The position numbers were made by a program, and so were the translations under genes. Source: Azolla caroliniana (lineage: Eukaryota; Plantae; Polypodiophyta). Taken from it: a stretch of 64,000 bases of DNA. Below are positions 1 through 13,620 of the stretch, piece after piece. The stretch is taken from contig JBHGNT010000005.1 in NCBI GenBank assembly GCA_043228905.1, positions 7,130,001 to 7,194,000 of the forward strand. The letters are read 5' to 3'. Every line of letters begins with the position of its first letter. The stretch's first letter is position 1. Below the pieces are notes generated by a model. That model saw only the letters and a list, made by a program, of their open reading frames with translations. It ran no database searches and was not told where the DNA came from.

Positions 1-3000
1 AGAACAGGTTTTACCTTCCTTCACCGAGAATATGGAGAAAATACTGACATTGAAAGTGGTAGAAGATCCTTCTGCTATTCAAATTCCTGAACCTCAACCT
101 TCGCCATCATATGACCCAGGTGCTTAATCCTCTTATTTGTATCATTTTGTACTTTTTGGTCTTATTTTTCGTATGAAATACAAATCACATTGCTGCTGCA
201 TTTTACATTCATAGTGGGTTCACTCATTATTTAATGTAGTGTTCTCATGTATTCACATAGCACATTTACATTAGAACTGAGATTTTTTTTGTTCCTCTGT
301 GACGTCAATGCATTATAACAACTGCAATGAAGACTTTCAAGCAAACATTGGCAAGTATTAGGAAAATGCAGTTACACGGCTACATAAATCCAAGATTATG
401 TGTGTCACAATTTACTGCCATCTCTAGCTAGGGAGCATTAATACAGAATATTGGACAAAGTGTTGGATGGAAAATTTCTGATTACAAACAGTTTGGGTTG
501 AGTCTTAGATTGAATTCAAATGCCATCTCCAACCAGGAAGCATCAATTCAAAATTAGAGAAAAGTTTTGGATTGGGAACCTGCAATGATTAAGAATTTTG
601 TTTTGAGTCTCGGAGTGAGAATTGTGATGGCTAAATGGCATCTCTAACTAAGTAGTATCAGAGTGACAATTGTGATGGCTAAATGTCTGCAAATCTGCAG
701 AGTTGCAAAGTTAAAAATTTCCACAATAGAGTAATGTTTTTTATCTTGGGTTGAGCGAATTTATCGTTTAAGTGTCATCTCTATTAGGTAGCATCGATAT
801 GCAATGTCAGCAAAGGTTTGGATTTAGAATTTGTGATGGTTAAGAGTCTGGTTTTGATAATGTCTACTTTTAGTTGGTGGAAGATCCTTCTGCTCTGTAA
901 CCATTTTGGACATATAATCTTCTTTATTTTATAATGTTTTATCCAGATTATTTCTTCTAGTTGTCAAATCTCCATTGGAACTCTACTATATTAAATAGTC
1001 GTGTGGTAAGATTGCATCCTGACTGATAGACTCTGGGGAGTTACTATAACTGATTCATTATGATTGAATATGTGGAATATAAGGACATTCAAAATACATA
1101 TTTCCTAGTTCTCGGGGTGAGTATATCCAGGGATTTTACAATATGAACTCCTAAACATGGAGGTTGGAATTGCCTTATCTCGGAAAGTTTGTATAGAATG
1201 ATTGCTTATCTCATATCTAACATCAACATCAATCAAGGGGCCAACCCATCAATGGTTGACTGACACTTTACACTTTCCTCAGTAGGGTTTAGGGTTAAAG
1301 AATGAAGAAAAATGTATTAATTTCTACCAAAAGCAAAAATCACAGATGAGTTCACAACAAGACAACTTATAAATAATTTATAGTGAAAAACTGAAGTTTG
1401 GGCTCAGAATGTCCATTGTTGATGCACTAGAGTAAAGAGTTTACAATAACGTGGCATACATCTTCTGTGACAAGCAACGATGAGTTTGATCTTTCTAAGT
1501 TAGAGAAGGAACACCCCAATGCTTATATTATGCACAGTTTATTTGGACTTTCATGTGCATTATTTTGAATTAAGAAAGAATTAACTTCTTTTCATCATGT
1601 CTCTTTTGATCACAAAGAATATGATTTCAGGATTATCTGGCATGGACCTTGTACTGGCAGATGCCGAAAAAATAAAAGGTTATGTAGACAATGCTGTTTT
1701 CTGGTTAATGGCGTGGAGAATCCCATTACAACCATTCTATAACCCACATATGGTAGCGTCGTATTTTAACAGAAGACCTCACGTTTTGTTGTTTCGTATT
1801 ATTCAGGTGAGATATGTTAATGTACATTTTGAACTGTTTGTATGTTTTTACCTTCCACACCAATAGTACTAGATATGGGTTGCATTTTTATGGAAAGTTT
1901 TGTTTATTTATCAAATCAGGTCCTACTTATATTTTACATGCACTTGTACCTGAAAATTTGACAAAGCTTGATTTTGGATATCTGTTTCAACTATATGATT
2001 AGTTTTGTTATTGTTGAAGATATGTGCAGTCTTTGCTTCTGCATTCACTCAACTAGAGGTTGAGAAGCTTTTGAAACCCAAGGATGAAAGTTTTGCACGG
2101 ATAAGAGGAGCAGAGCTTACCAAAGAAGCTTTGATCAAGCTTGGACCTGCATTTATTAAAGGTTATTTTTCTTCCTGACTGTGTGGTATTTCTATAATTT
2201 TCTGCCTTAATTCTGTTGTTTGGAATTGTGTAGTTGGACAATCCCTCTCAACTAGAGGGGACTTAGTCGGTGAAGATATTGCAAAGGTTTCCCTCCTTAT
2301 AACTCATTTCCTACAATCAATTTAAATAATATTGGGATTAATATGCTTCTATTTCTAGGTTATGTCTGAGTTGCAAGATAATTTGCCTCCATTCTCAACA
2401 TGTACAGCCATTTCTATAATTGAGGAGGAACTTGGATTTCCTATGAACATGGTTTTTTCTTACTTCTCAGATACACCTGTTGCTGCTGCATCATTTGGTC
2501 AGGTCAACAATTTAGCATTATTAATGCATCACTATTAAATAATGCGGTGTTATATATGGTGGTAGTTTGTAGTTGAGATTATGGAAATTCTAACTGTGTC
2601 CACCTTTATGTGTATGCCGTAGGTCTATAGAGGGACAACAACTGATGGCCAAGATGTAGCTATTAAAGTGCAGCGCCCTAACGTCTTACACGTGGTAGCT
2701 CTTGATATTTACATACTTCGCATGGGGGTGAGTGTTGACAACATTAATGTTTTACTGGAATTTCATATACATGTGCTGGTTCATTCTTTGATTGTGCTGC
2801 ATATCTGTTTGATAGTTGGATGCTCTTCGAGTAATTGCTAAGCGAAGAAGTGATCTGAAACTTTATGCTGATGAGTTGGGACAAGGTTTATTTGGAGAGC
2901 TAGATTACACTCGAGAAGCTGCCAATGCTGCAGAATTTGAGGTCTGTCTTTAAAATATTCTCTACGTGATCACATCTTTTGAAAGTTGCATGTATATGTG

Positions 3001-6000
3001 TTGGATATGATTATCTTCCTTTGAGCAAATGGTTTAGGGTTACTATCTGACATCCGAATGTGATTTAAACTCATATCTTAGGCAGCACACTCAAAAATTG
3101 CATTCTTGAAAATACCAAAGATCCTAAGGAATTTGTCAACAACAAAAGTCTTGATAATGGAGTGGATACATGCGGATCGCCCTGGGGAAATGTTACAGAT
3201 TGCACGTTCGCCAAATTATAATGAAGATGCTGATTTTAGAGAGAAACAACTTGAAGCAAAGCGTCGTCTATTTTCTCTGGTATGGTAATTTAAGCGCATG
3301 AATGTAGAAACAAATGGTTTCTGTGCTTAAATATAGGATGGTGATTGTGGAGCTATTTCTTATGTAGGTCAACAAAGGGATTGAGGCTTCACTAGTCCAA
3401 CTACTTGAGACTGGTATTCTACATGCTGATCCACACCCAGGAAACATGCTTTACACAAGGGAAGGAAAGTTAGTGTAAGTTATATTGACTCACATATGTC
3501 TTCATATGGCTAAAACTGTTACACGTATAGGTGTATGGGAGAGTTAAGGATGTAATGCATAAGGTGTGTAATGTGTAATGTGTAAGGTGCAATGTGCAAT
3601 GTGTGAGTGTGTACACATGCACATTTGGCTTTTTGTGTGCATGTGTACAAATGTGAGAGAGTGGGGTACGTAGGTGTAACTACCTCCATTTGCCTTTTTG
3701 TATTGTCTCGTAACGCTCAGATTTTGTACTATATAAACCCCACCCAGGGGGCATGAAAAAAGGAAGAATAGTGAGTTACCTCTCAACATTGTGTTTCGTT
3801 TCCCTCTCATTCTCCCTCTCTCCCCTCACGTCCAAACCCCTTTGGGAGGGGGGTGGAGCAAGAACAGCTCCAACCCCCACCCATAAACACTGAACCCCCC
3901 TTAGAATAAGTCCCTCTCTCTCTCTCTCTTTCTCTGCGATTTCTGCAGAATTTCTTGATGAGAACGACTCCTCCCCAACATTCTCCTATCCTCTGCAACA
4001 AGATTGGTTACTTTTTGGCTTGGCTGTATTTTGGAAGAAAAAAAACTCTACAAAAATGGAGGTCCAGCACGAAAGCAAGCCAAGAAGCATGAGAAGCACT
4101 AGAATTACTAGAAACACTCATTTTTCATCATCAGCCCCTCCAGTTCGAAGAGGAAGAAGATGCATCAAAATTATTTGATCCCTCTGATCCTTACTGCTCG
4201 GCAAATCGGATGGTCTTAAAGGATTCCTAACTGATCTTGATGCTATTGCAATGGATTTCAATAGAGACAACCGATGGCCGAACAGAGAACGACCGACAAT
4301 TGGCCTGACAACTAGCTGGACAGATGTCCAACAACCGGCCCAGTAGACGTCCGACAGTTGGCCGGACAGACCGCCGGACAGACGTTCCGGCAGCTGGCGA
4401 TGGCCAGTGGACTGAAACAGCCAGGCCGGACAGGCGGTCGGCGGACAGGCGGTCCTATAGTTGACCGGACAGACTACTGGCAGACGACGATCACCAGACA
4501 TAGAGACGGCAGAGCTGTCCAGCCGGCGGACGGGCTGGTTGAGACAGCCAAAGAGAGCTCGGCCGAGGCAGCCGACCAGAGGGGATGACCGGCGGGTGGG
4601 GACGGTCAGTGGACCAAAATGGCCAGGCCGAGGGATGGCGATGGCCACGGACATAGACGTCCGACAGCCGGCCGCTGTACAGAGACAGCCGCATAGAGCC
4701 GGTTGGACAGATGCATTGACAACCAGCCAAACAGCTGGCGGATGACGCCGGCAGAAACAGCCGGACAAATGGCGATGGCCGGCGGGCGGACAGAGTGACG
4801 GCCGACGAACAGACAAAGATAACGGCAAGAAAAAGAAGAGAAGCAGAAGAAACAACAGAAATATTAGACGCAGAAGAAGAAGAAAAAGCAAGAAGGAATG
4901 AAGAAGAAAAAGAAAGAGGAAATAGCAACAGAAGAAGGAAAGCACGCTGAAAGGAAAACAAGGAAAAGAAGAAGGAACATAGATTCTGTTTGTAGGAAGG
5001 CTGGAACAAGGAGGATGAAAGAGGAAGAGAACCTGAATCAGAAGGTGATTGAGAAGAAGAAGAAAGAACAAATGGATTGATATCCAAAAAGATGCGGATG
5101 GATTGGTAGTGGATGAATTGGTAGTAGAAAAGAAGAAAAAGAAGAACAGAGACAGAAGAGATAGAAAAGGGAAGAAGAAAGAGAGGAAGAAGCAGAAACG
5201 ACGATGGCTGAACAAGAAAGAAGAATTTGAAGACAGAAACGAAGAAGAAGATATAAAAGAGAGAGAAGAAAGAGAAGAGGGGCAGAGAGGAGAATTTCAA
5301 AAATCGGAGGGCAAATGGAGAAATTTCCAAAACTGAAGGGCAATGATAAAATTTCAAAAACTCGAGCGTGGATAATAAAATTTAAAAAACCAAGGGGTGT
5401 TAACAAATTTTTTAACACAAGACCACTCACACAAATGAAGAAGAAGAAAAAAACACACACCTAAATCTTTTAAGACTTAAAAGTAGAGGTATCAATTGGT
5501 GTGTGATCCAATCGTAACAATTTTTGTGTCATGCTGACCGAGGGGGAAGGTTCATGTCAAGTGAGGTCTGATTGAAGTTATTGATCAAAATGCAATGTTT
5601 CGGTCAAGGGATTTCCGACCGACGAGAGAAGAGAAGACCGATGGAGTTCTGGTCTATGAGTTTTTGGCATGGGCATGTGAGTTCGACGTGCAATGCAATG
5701 TCCCATAGGCGTGCCATGTGTTACCCGTATAGGTGTACGGGAGGGTTGAGGGTGTAAGGCATAAGGTGTGTAATGTGTAAGGTGCAATGTGTGAGTGTGA
5801 GGAAGAGTGTGTACATATGCACATTTTGCTTTTTGTATGCATGTGTACAAATGTGAGAGTGGGGTAAGTAGGTGTAACTACCCCCATGTGGCTTTTTGTA
5901 TTGTCTTGTAGCGCTCAGATTTTGTACTATATAAACCCCACCTATGGGGCATGAAAGACAAGAAGAATAGTGAGTTACCCCTCAACATTGTGTTTCGTTT

Positions 6001-9000
6001 TCCCTCTCATTCTCTCTCATTCTCATTCTCATTCTCTGTCTCTCTCCCTCTCCCCTCACGTTCGAGCCCCCTTGGGAGGGGTTTGGAGCCGTTCTTGGCT
6101 GCAGCCCCCATGCAGTGCTGGAGGTTAAGAAATTACACAAGGAATTTGAGGACCAATAGCTGCAACTCGCCCTCGACTTGGAGCGATACGAGCAGGAGCG
6201 AACCCAAGAGACTATCTTGGAGGACCAAGGAAGAACGGAGGATGAAAGCAGCGAAGACATCCTAGAGGTTCCGAACCAATTGGACGCTGAGGCTGAACAA
6301 AGGGAGGAGGCAGAACACGACGCAGAGGTGCAAGCCGACACCGGCAAAGATAGGGCAGAACCGACGGAGCAAAGGCTCCCACGCAACGAAGAACGGCCAC
6401 AGCCAGAGAACGAACGGGAGAGGAAGCTGGAGGCCACGCTACAATGTGAGCCGAATGCTGAAGACCAACTAACGGATACAACTGACAATCAACCGACCGA
6501 GGTACAACTGACCAATCTCGAGCAGGCGGCCGAGTTCGAAACCAAAGCAGATGGCTTGTGGCAATTGCCGAGCATCTTGCGCATTTTTTATGAAAAGTAA
6601 AGAGCAACAGTTTTGCAATGCTTTTTTTAAATTATGTTTTATTTTTGGGTTCGACATCTAAGGCACAATCCCACGGACGTGCCAGGTGTTACCTGGTGGG
6701 ACAAGTGGGACAAGGTGTGAAACGAGCAAAGGGAACCAAGCACCACAGACAGCCGAATAAACGGAGCCGAGTATTGTAACGGCCCATGCAAAGGCTATAA
6801 AAACCGAATGATCAGAAGCATAGAGAGATATAGGTAGATATCAGGCCAGAGATAGATAGATGGAGGTCTACGCCAGAAAGTGAGGAATAGGGAGAGAGAG
6901 AGAGAGCGCTTTACCGATAATTATTGGTACTTGTATCTGTGTATGTATGTACTATAATCGAATATACTTTCTTGTGGGCAACTCAAGTGTTCTTTCTTTT
7001 TAAGTCTGGTATAGAGGTACGGTCTGTGTAGGAATCGTGGGTCTGGGATTGGTCGTAGCCGACCCAGTCGAATACTGTTCCTTGTGCTGTCAGTTGTAGC
7101 AATTCTGAGTGGATAGGTCTGAATAACGGTCTGTACGTGTCATGAGTGCAGTAAAGTCAGTATACCACGTAACGATCTGAATAACAGGTACAGCAGGGTG
7201 CCCGTAACCCCCAACTCTCCTTCGGACCAAAATACCTTGATCCGATTACTCAGGAAGAGTAATCGACGATGTTACTCCAGGAGGGAGTAACAAAAACTTC
7301 AGTAAGATCATGATACGACATCCCAAAGCCTCGAATAAATAAATAAAAAGTACAACTGAGTTTTTGAATGCTATGTTGCTGCATTTCATACAAATATTTA
7401 TGCTTAAGCTTGCTTCTTTCAGACAAAAAATGAATGCATTAAGTGCTTAATCTTAGAAAGATTTAATGGTAAGACTCTTTATAGGTTTTTGGATTTTGGT
7501 CTACTTTGTCGAATGGAGAAACGTCATCAATTGGCCATGATTGCGTCTGTTGCACATATAGTAAATGCAGATTGGAAAAATTTTGTTCAAGATTTAGCTG
7601 ATATGGAAGTTCTTCCAGCGACAGTTGATCGCATGTCAATAGCCATGGTAAGCATTGTTGCTCTCTAGCTCTGGGGTTCCCTATTGAAGTAGAGATTAAT
7701 GTAGACTTAGTACTTAAATATATTTATGCAGGAACTAGAAGAAGTATTAGGTGACACTGTGCCTCAACAAGGAATCCCAGACATTAAATTTAGCAAGGTT
7801 CGTTTAGAGTTTGTGATCATTATTTTATGAGTGAAATATATGAATTTTAACTCTTGAATGTAGTTATCTACATCAGGCACAATGAAAAACTGCTCCAGAT
7901 AAAGTAATACACTTTTCTTTTTGTTTGGAGGATTGTTCTTACCAAATAATGTGGGAGACTCGCATGGCATTTGATACTGCCTAGAAATGCATGATTTCCA
8001 TGCTCTGATAAATGCAGTAGGAATATGGTCCGATAATCTGTGTAGTTATTACAATTTAATGCCACAAATTTTGCCTTATGCCATGGAAACTATTGACCAA
8101 TAGCCATAACTCTATTATACTTGATGAACAAGTGCCATACTCCTTGAGTTGGTAGAACGTACAAGAAACAAAATACCCTTCCTATGAAACATGTCAGGTG
8201 AATGTAGATCACATATAAAAAAACATGGATCTGTTCTTGCACATGATTCTTCAGAAACTTATGGTAGACCCAACATTTGAATCTTGTGCATATTTTACTA
8301 TTTGTGGTAGGTGCTTGTGAAAGTGTTGGCTATTGCTTTAAGGAATCAGTTCAAAATGCCGCCGTACTTCATTCTTGTTCTACGCTCCATAGCTTCATTG
8401 GAAGGTGAGAATCTTCGTTTTGTTGTGGGGTTGGCATGAATATTTGCTTTCTCGTTATGAAAATTAATGCTTTATTGATGTCTATATGTTGCAGGATTGG
8501 CTTTGGCAGTTGATCCAGATTTCAAGGTGTTTGGAGCATCATATCCTTTCGTAATACAGAGACTTCTGACTGAAAACTCACCTCCGTTAAGAAAAGTTTT
8601 GATATCTGTAAGTATTTATCTGTAAATGTTCTGGTTATCACATCTTTCTGGATGGAAAAACTATCGTAAGGCAGGCAAAATGCATGGGGTTTGTACAACT
8701 GCATTTTCGTACTTTTTGTCTGAAACTAAGTGTAGCTCTTGAAATTTCCACATCCTGTTGGATATTTACACTTACAATGTTCTCTTTTCTACCCACAATA
8801 GTCGTTTTCTCCTTGTCCATCTCAGACATGATTTTATTGTGCACGGCTTATGCACTGAAGAGAACTAAATTAATCAACCAAAGATCATCAACTAAACACA
8901 ATGGGCCAAAGGGGTTTTATATACAAGTCATCAAGGGACTGCCACATCCACTCGAGTACAATTCCGTCATAACAATATCTGATATTCTTTGACCACATTT

Positions 9001-10995
9001 ACACTTGAGAACTAACTAGATATCACAATCTAGCTCTTTGTGCAACTAGATAGTTCACATGGATTACAATAAAGTGTGCTCACGCACTTTTTCACACATT
9101 GTCCTTTTCTTCATAAACACATGTTCACACAAGTTGAGCTTGATTCTCAACACTTAGTAATTGACCCATTAGGGCAAGCAACCTAATGTTTTGTAAGAAA
9201 CTTAAAGAATGTCTAGAACCTTCCAGAGTTACTAGAACCTTAGAGAATGTCAAATTTTAGTTCTTCAGTACAGGTCACTGTTGTAGAGGTAGAGCTCCTG
9301 TTGTTATCATTCTCAGTTATGAGTGACCCGTTAGGGCAAGTAACCTAATGTTTTATAGGAAACTTCGAGAATATCTTGAACCTTACAGAGTTACCAGAAA
9401 CTTGGAGAATGTCAAATTTTAGTTCTTCAGTACAGGTCACTGTTATCATTCTCAGTTTTACTTGTGTTTCAGACCTCTGCTGATATAATGTAATAACTTT
9501 CTTCTCCATTGTTTCTGTATTGATTAACTGTCCATGCATTCTCTGTTTCCTATGCATTAGTAATAAATAACACCACGAGATGTAACCATGGTTTTGATCC
9601 CATATAGGCCAACAGGATATTCCAGAGAAATAACTAAGATCATTCTTTTTTCTCTCTCAACACAGCTTTTATTTTTTATATTTAAATTATTGGTTCAGTT
9701 GTTTGCAAATACCTTTTATGCAAACCACAAACCATGAACAATTCCAGAAGCTTAGCTGTAGTTTGATGATGTGGCTTGAGTCTAGAACTTGAAACTGTAA
9801 TTTCAAATGTTTCAGAAGAAAAGAGTGTTTTCTTTTTCAATCTGGATTTATTCTTTTTTGTTATTTGCAGTTAATATTGAATGACAAAAAACAATTCCGC
9901 TGGGATCGAGTTGCATCATTTGCAACGCTTGCAAAGCAACATTCACTGTGAGTATTTACACCATTACAAAAATAGCATTCACGTTTAGTATTTTGACTAT
10001 TTTCAAAAATGACGAATGATGTAATGGATGTTTGTTCTTAATGCAGGAAGAGGGCTGCCCTTGAGACAGGTATGGAGCCACCAACAGGTGATACTATTCC
10101 TGAATTTAACATAGACAATGCGAATCCAGAGTTGATTCCCCTTCTTGTAAACGTTCTTTCATCTGAGAAAGGAGCTGCTTTCAGGCAGCTTATCCTCGAA
10201 GCAGTATGCATCTTCCAATCCTCCATTTTCTTTTCAGGACACTACAGTTTTTTCAAGAGATTAATATTTTTTTTATCTGGGAAAAACTCTGTAATACCCC
10301 AAAGTTCTCATTTTTCTCCAAATGCCCTGGTCAGTTCCTGAAAGTGCAATTATATGTGCGCTATTTTGAGCACACTTAAATGGTCAATAAGAAATGAAAT
10401 GCTCACTTCATCCCTTTTGGGAAATAAAGAACTTGGGGTTATTTCAGAGTTTCCCCCTTCTTGTTTCTTTCTTTCCTGCAAGCCTTCTGTTGTCCAAAGA
10501 AGACCTACATAGCAACACACTTCTTTTGTGCAGGATACTTTTGATCTTGCTGGTACTTTCAGCTCAAGGAAGGCCTCAGCAGTTCGGAGGAGCATCGCCT
10601 TGAAACTTTCAGATGTTCTATATCAGTTTGGAAAAGATTACCTCAAAGAGCATTTCCAATTTGAGGTTCAAAATACAGAATTAATATCGCAAACAGTTCC
10701 ATCTCAATCATCATCAGCATCAGATAAGGCATTTACAGATGACATGAAATCGTTGACGAATTGTTCTGACAAAGTTGATATCACGTTGCTAAGAAGCAAG
10801 CAAATGCAAGCTCTTCTTCAAACATTAGTGGCCAGGCTTAGAACAAAGCCATTGTTGATGATATATACTGGATGGATCGGTTTTACAATGATCTGCTATG
10901 CTATGGCTATTGCAGCTCACAAGCTTTTAGTAGCATCTTTTGATGGGTACTTTGATAGATCCTCAAAAACATCATCTCAACTTATCACTGTATGA
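1..10995 (+). CDS. ABC1/UbiB/aarF atypical kinase, At2g39190 (ATH8)-like; 5' end lies outside the window
   Basis: Hand-spliced GT-AG exons in consistent phase: <1-119, 1631-1806, 2020-2161, 2234-2286, 2359-2502, 2623-2727, 2816-2941, 3082-3279, 3368-3474, 7485-7647, 7732-7797, 8311-8404, 8495-8607, 9871-9947, 10047-10203, 10534-10995. Motifs LGPAFIKVGQSLSTR, PVAAASFGQVYRG, VAIKVQRP, ELDYTREAAN, ILHADPHPGN, FLDFG and MPPYFILVLRSIASLEG are ABC1K hallmarks. Confidence 0.93.
410..860. repeat. Degenerate ~100-bp tandem repeat in an ABC1K intron
   Basis: TG(C/G/T)CATCTC...G(G/A/T)AGCAT... units recur near 416, 521, 636 and 773. Confidence 0.55.
3517..7292. mobile_element. Non-autonomous LTR-retrotransposon-like composite insertion in an ABC1K intron
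   Basis: Starts TGTTAC, ends GTAACA, flanked by the 5-bp direct repeat AAAAC (3512-3516 and 7293-7297). About 340 bp at 3517 recurs at 5719. PBS-like motifs at 5700-5716 and 6668-6684. No gag/pol motifs recognised. Confidence 0.85.
4265..4810. repeat. GC-rich degenerate short tandem repeat (GGCCGGACAGAC-like) inside the intronic element
   Basis: Recurring ccggacag/gacggcc/cgatggcc motifs in an otherwise AT-rich window. Confidence 0.7.
9163..9445. repeat. Direct duplication (~120 bp x2) in an ABC1K intron, probably TE-derived
   Basis: gaccc(a/g)ttagggcaag...gagaatgtcaaattttagttcttcagtacaggtcactgtt occurs at about 9163 and 9324. Confidence 0.7.
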
Positions 10996-11433
10996 TATGA
11001 ACTGCTCAAACCACTGCAGAAACTTCTTTCTTGTAAATGAATCATCCTCTTACCATATATATCCTTGAAGAGTCTGGCTCAAAAGAGTAATGGAGAATGG
11101 CTTGGGTTGGCTTGCCAATATATGACACATACAACTAAAATGTGCAAATAGTGGCATTACATTTCCTGCTATGTAAGGAATACAAAGAATATTGGATTGC
11201 AAATACACAATGCATTATATTTTACTGTAGCAATGTTAACCCATGTCCATAGCTTCAGCTATTGAATTCATCCTTGATTTCTATTGTTGAAGCCTATCAA
11301 CAGTTAAGTTCCCAGTTAAACCTACTAGTGAAGCAGCGCTGAATGCGCAAGAGAATCTGAAGTTCCCAGTTTATATTTGCCTCCTTGTGGTGGTACTACA
11401 AATCTGTATTATCTTTTACAAACTATGATGTAT

Positions 11434-11694
11434 TATTATTATTATTTTGAATACTTCGTTGTCATGTATGCATCATTGGTCCCAAATTTAAAAGCACTTG
11501 AGGTACCTTAGGATCAGTTGGGTAAAATTACCAGTTATATATGGAATCTATTCATTGGAACAGCATATTATTATTATTTTGAATACTTTGTTGTCATGTA
11601 TGCATCATTGATCCCAAATTTAAAAGCACTTGAGGTACCTCAGGATCAGTTGGATCAAATTACCACTTATATATGGAATCTATTCATTGCAACA
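11434..11694. repeat. Tandem duplication of ~130 bp
   Basis: tattattattttgaatactt...ggaatctattcattg present twice head-to-tail. Confidence 0.8.
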
Positions 11695-11940
11695 CCAAAA
11701 AATGTTTTTCTTCATACTTCGTTGAGAATCATAATACTTTACTTCAAGAATTCAAATGTGGATTTCAACCCTACATGCGTAAGCTACCTAATTAGCTAGT
11801 AGCTACATGAATGTATGCAAGTTTGAGTGATGGTGAATGAGGCTTCTCATGGAAAACATAAAAAGTTGGACTTTTCGACAACATTGTGACCTAATCATTT
11901 TTTGTTTAAGGGTTTTATGGGATGGATGACTCTAATCATG

Positions 11941-12653
11941 TTTTTTTTTTCTCCAAAATGAAGCTACTTTCCCATTAGTTAGGTAAGATTATTACAAAGA
12001 GATTGTACAAGGAGGCTTAAGCATAGATCGGGGAATCCCCCTCCGATCAAGTTCTAGAAATTGAGACTAGTTAGTTACATCGCCTTTCGGACGGACTACT
12101 TAATGTAAGTACCTACAACTAAACTAGTGCCTTGTAGTGATGGCTAGTACGAGACAACTCTTGGGGTCGACAACAGAGGGAGGGTGGTAAGTGAGCCGGG
12201 AACAACCAACGTGGGGGTTGGTAGTTCCACCTTGGGCCACTTCCTCCTTGTGTCACCATAGGCGTGTTTCGCCATTTCTGCCAAAAGCGCAAACGGGCAG
12301 TATCCACATCAGAGGAATGGCTACAAACCTCGTCCAATTGCCCTCGTAATCAGCTAATAAGCGCAAACCATATGTCCATGATCACTTCCTCCGGGGGTTG
12401 CACCAAATCCTGGAAGACCTTTAGGCAACGCGCTTTCCATACGTACCACAAGGTGAAGCCTGCGATCAGCATCCAAATGTCTGGGAACCTAGGGGATGCG
12501 GACTGCAAGCCTCTCTCAAATCGAATCTTGGAGATTTTTCCTCACATGCATACATAGCACTAGCTATCCGTATTGAAGGCGTTCGTCCACCTATCACCAG
12601 AATGATCAAGCCATGCCGCAGCAAGGTGTGGGATAGAGTGACCCTCCTTGTGG
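11941..12653 (-). mobile_element. 5'-truncated L1-type LINE
   Basis: The minus strand encodes LWYVWKARCLKVF...RFWQKW, typical of the L1 ORF2 C-terminus. Poly(A) appears as a T-run at 11941-11950. Candidate TSD ATCATGTTTT at 11935 and 12654. Confidence 0.75.
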
Positions 12654-12869
12654 ATCATGTTTTAAAAAAAAAAATTGAACCAAATTACTACATTAGTATT
12701 AAGAAACAACTTGAAGCTATACAAGAAATAAATTTATGTACATGTTAACAACCTCCCCTTAAGTTCAAACTATTGGCTTAATTAAATTTTTGGTATAAAG
12801 TAAACCCACTTTAGCTTATCGAAAAACCGCCTATAAAATATATTGTTATTCAATATGGCATGAAACTTC

Positions 12870-13620
12870 AATCATTGCAATTCTACATGTTGGAGTGTCA
12901 CTTTTTATATTATCCAAACAACCTCTTAGATTATGTATGGGCTTTGTCCAATTCTGATAATTATTTGTACAAGCCTTTATATCACAATTTGGAATACCTT
13001 CAAGCACCCATCCTTCCAAATTTTCCAAATTGTTATACTATACCAATTGCCATATTTTAGTTTTACCAACTGATATTTTTGGATTTAGGGGTATATTTGT
13101 TTTTGTGCATCTGACTATGTCTCAACAAATTAACATCTACAACATCCTTCTTCTCATACAGCTTTGGTTACCCTTGTACATTTGCTCACACTATCATCCG
13201 ATTGAGGAAACACTACCATTAATATTCTTGAGATTCTTTTCCATATTTTCTTTGCAAAATCCTATCTCCACGAACGATTTTGAGCAGTCTCCACTGGATG
13301 CATACAAAAACGACACATATCGTCTGCATTCACACCTTTTCTCCACTCACTGATTGGTATAAGCTATAACTCACTCTATGAATCAATTACCATCAAAAAC
13401 ACTATTTTCCTACTCATTTTCATGCCCCCATCTATTTCCAAAATTGCCGGAGTTGTGGAGAAATTCCATTCCTTTTCTAAAAAACATTTTTAGTCAGTTC
13501 TCCCTTGACCTAGCACATTATATTTTCCTTCCAATCTTTACTAAATATTGAAAGAAAGGCACCTATTTTATTTGATCTCAAAACGGCACTTTGCAATGAA
13601 GTTCTCCATCTATTACTAAA
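12870..13620 (-). mobile_element. Highly degenerate LINE remnant
   Basis: Minus-strand CRFCMHPVET near 13290-13330 resembles the zf-RVT C-x2-C...ET motif; the frame is broken. Confidence 0.3.

Noticed and set aside
4118-5460. Long minus-strand ORFs (365, 288 and 140 aa) as genes
   Set aside because: F/L/S-rich frames produced by reading GAA-rich and GC-repeat low-complexity DNA; no domains recognised.
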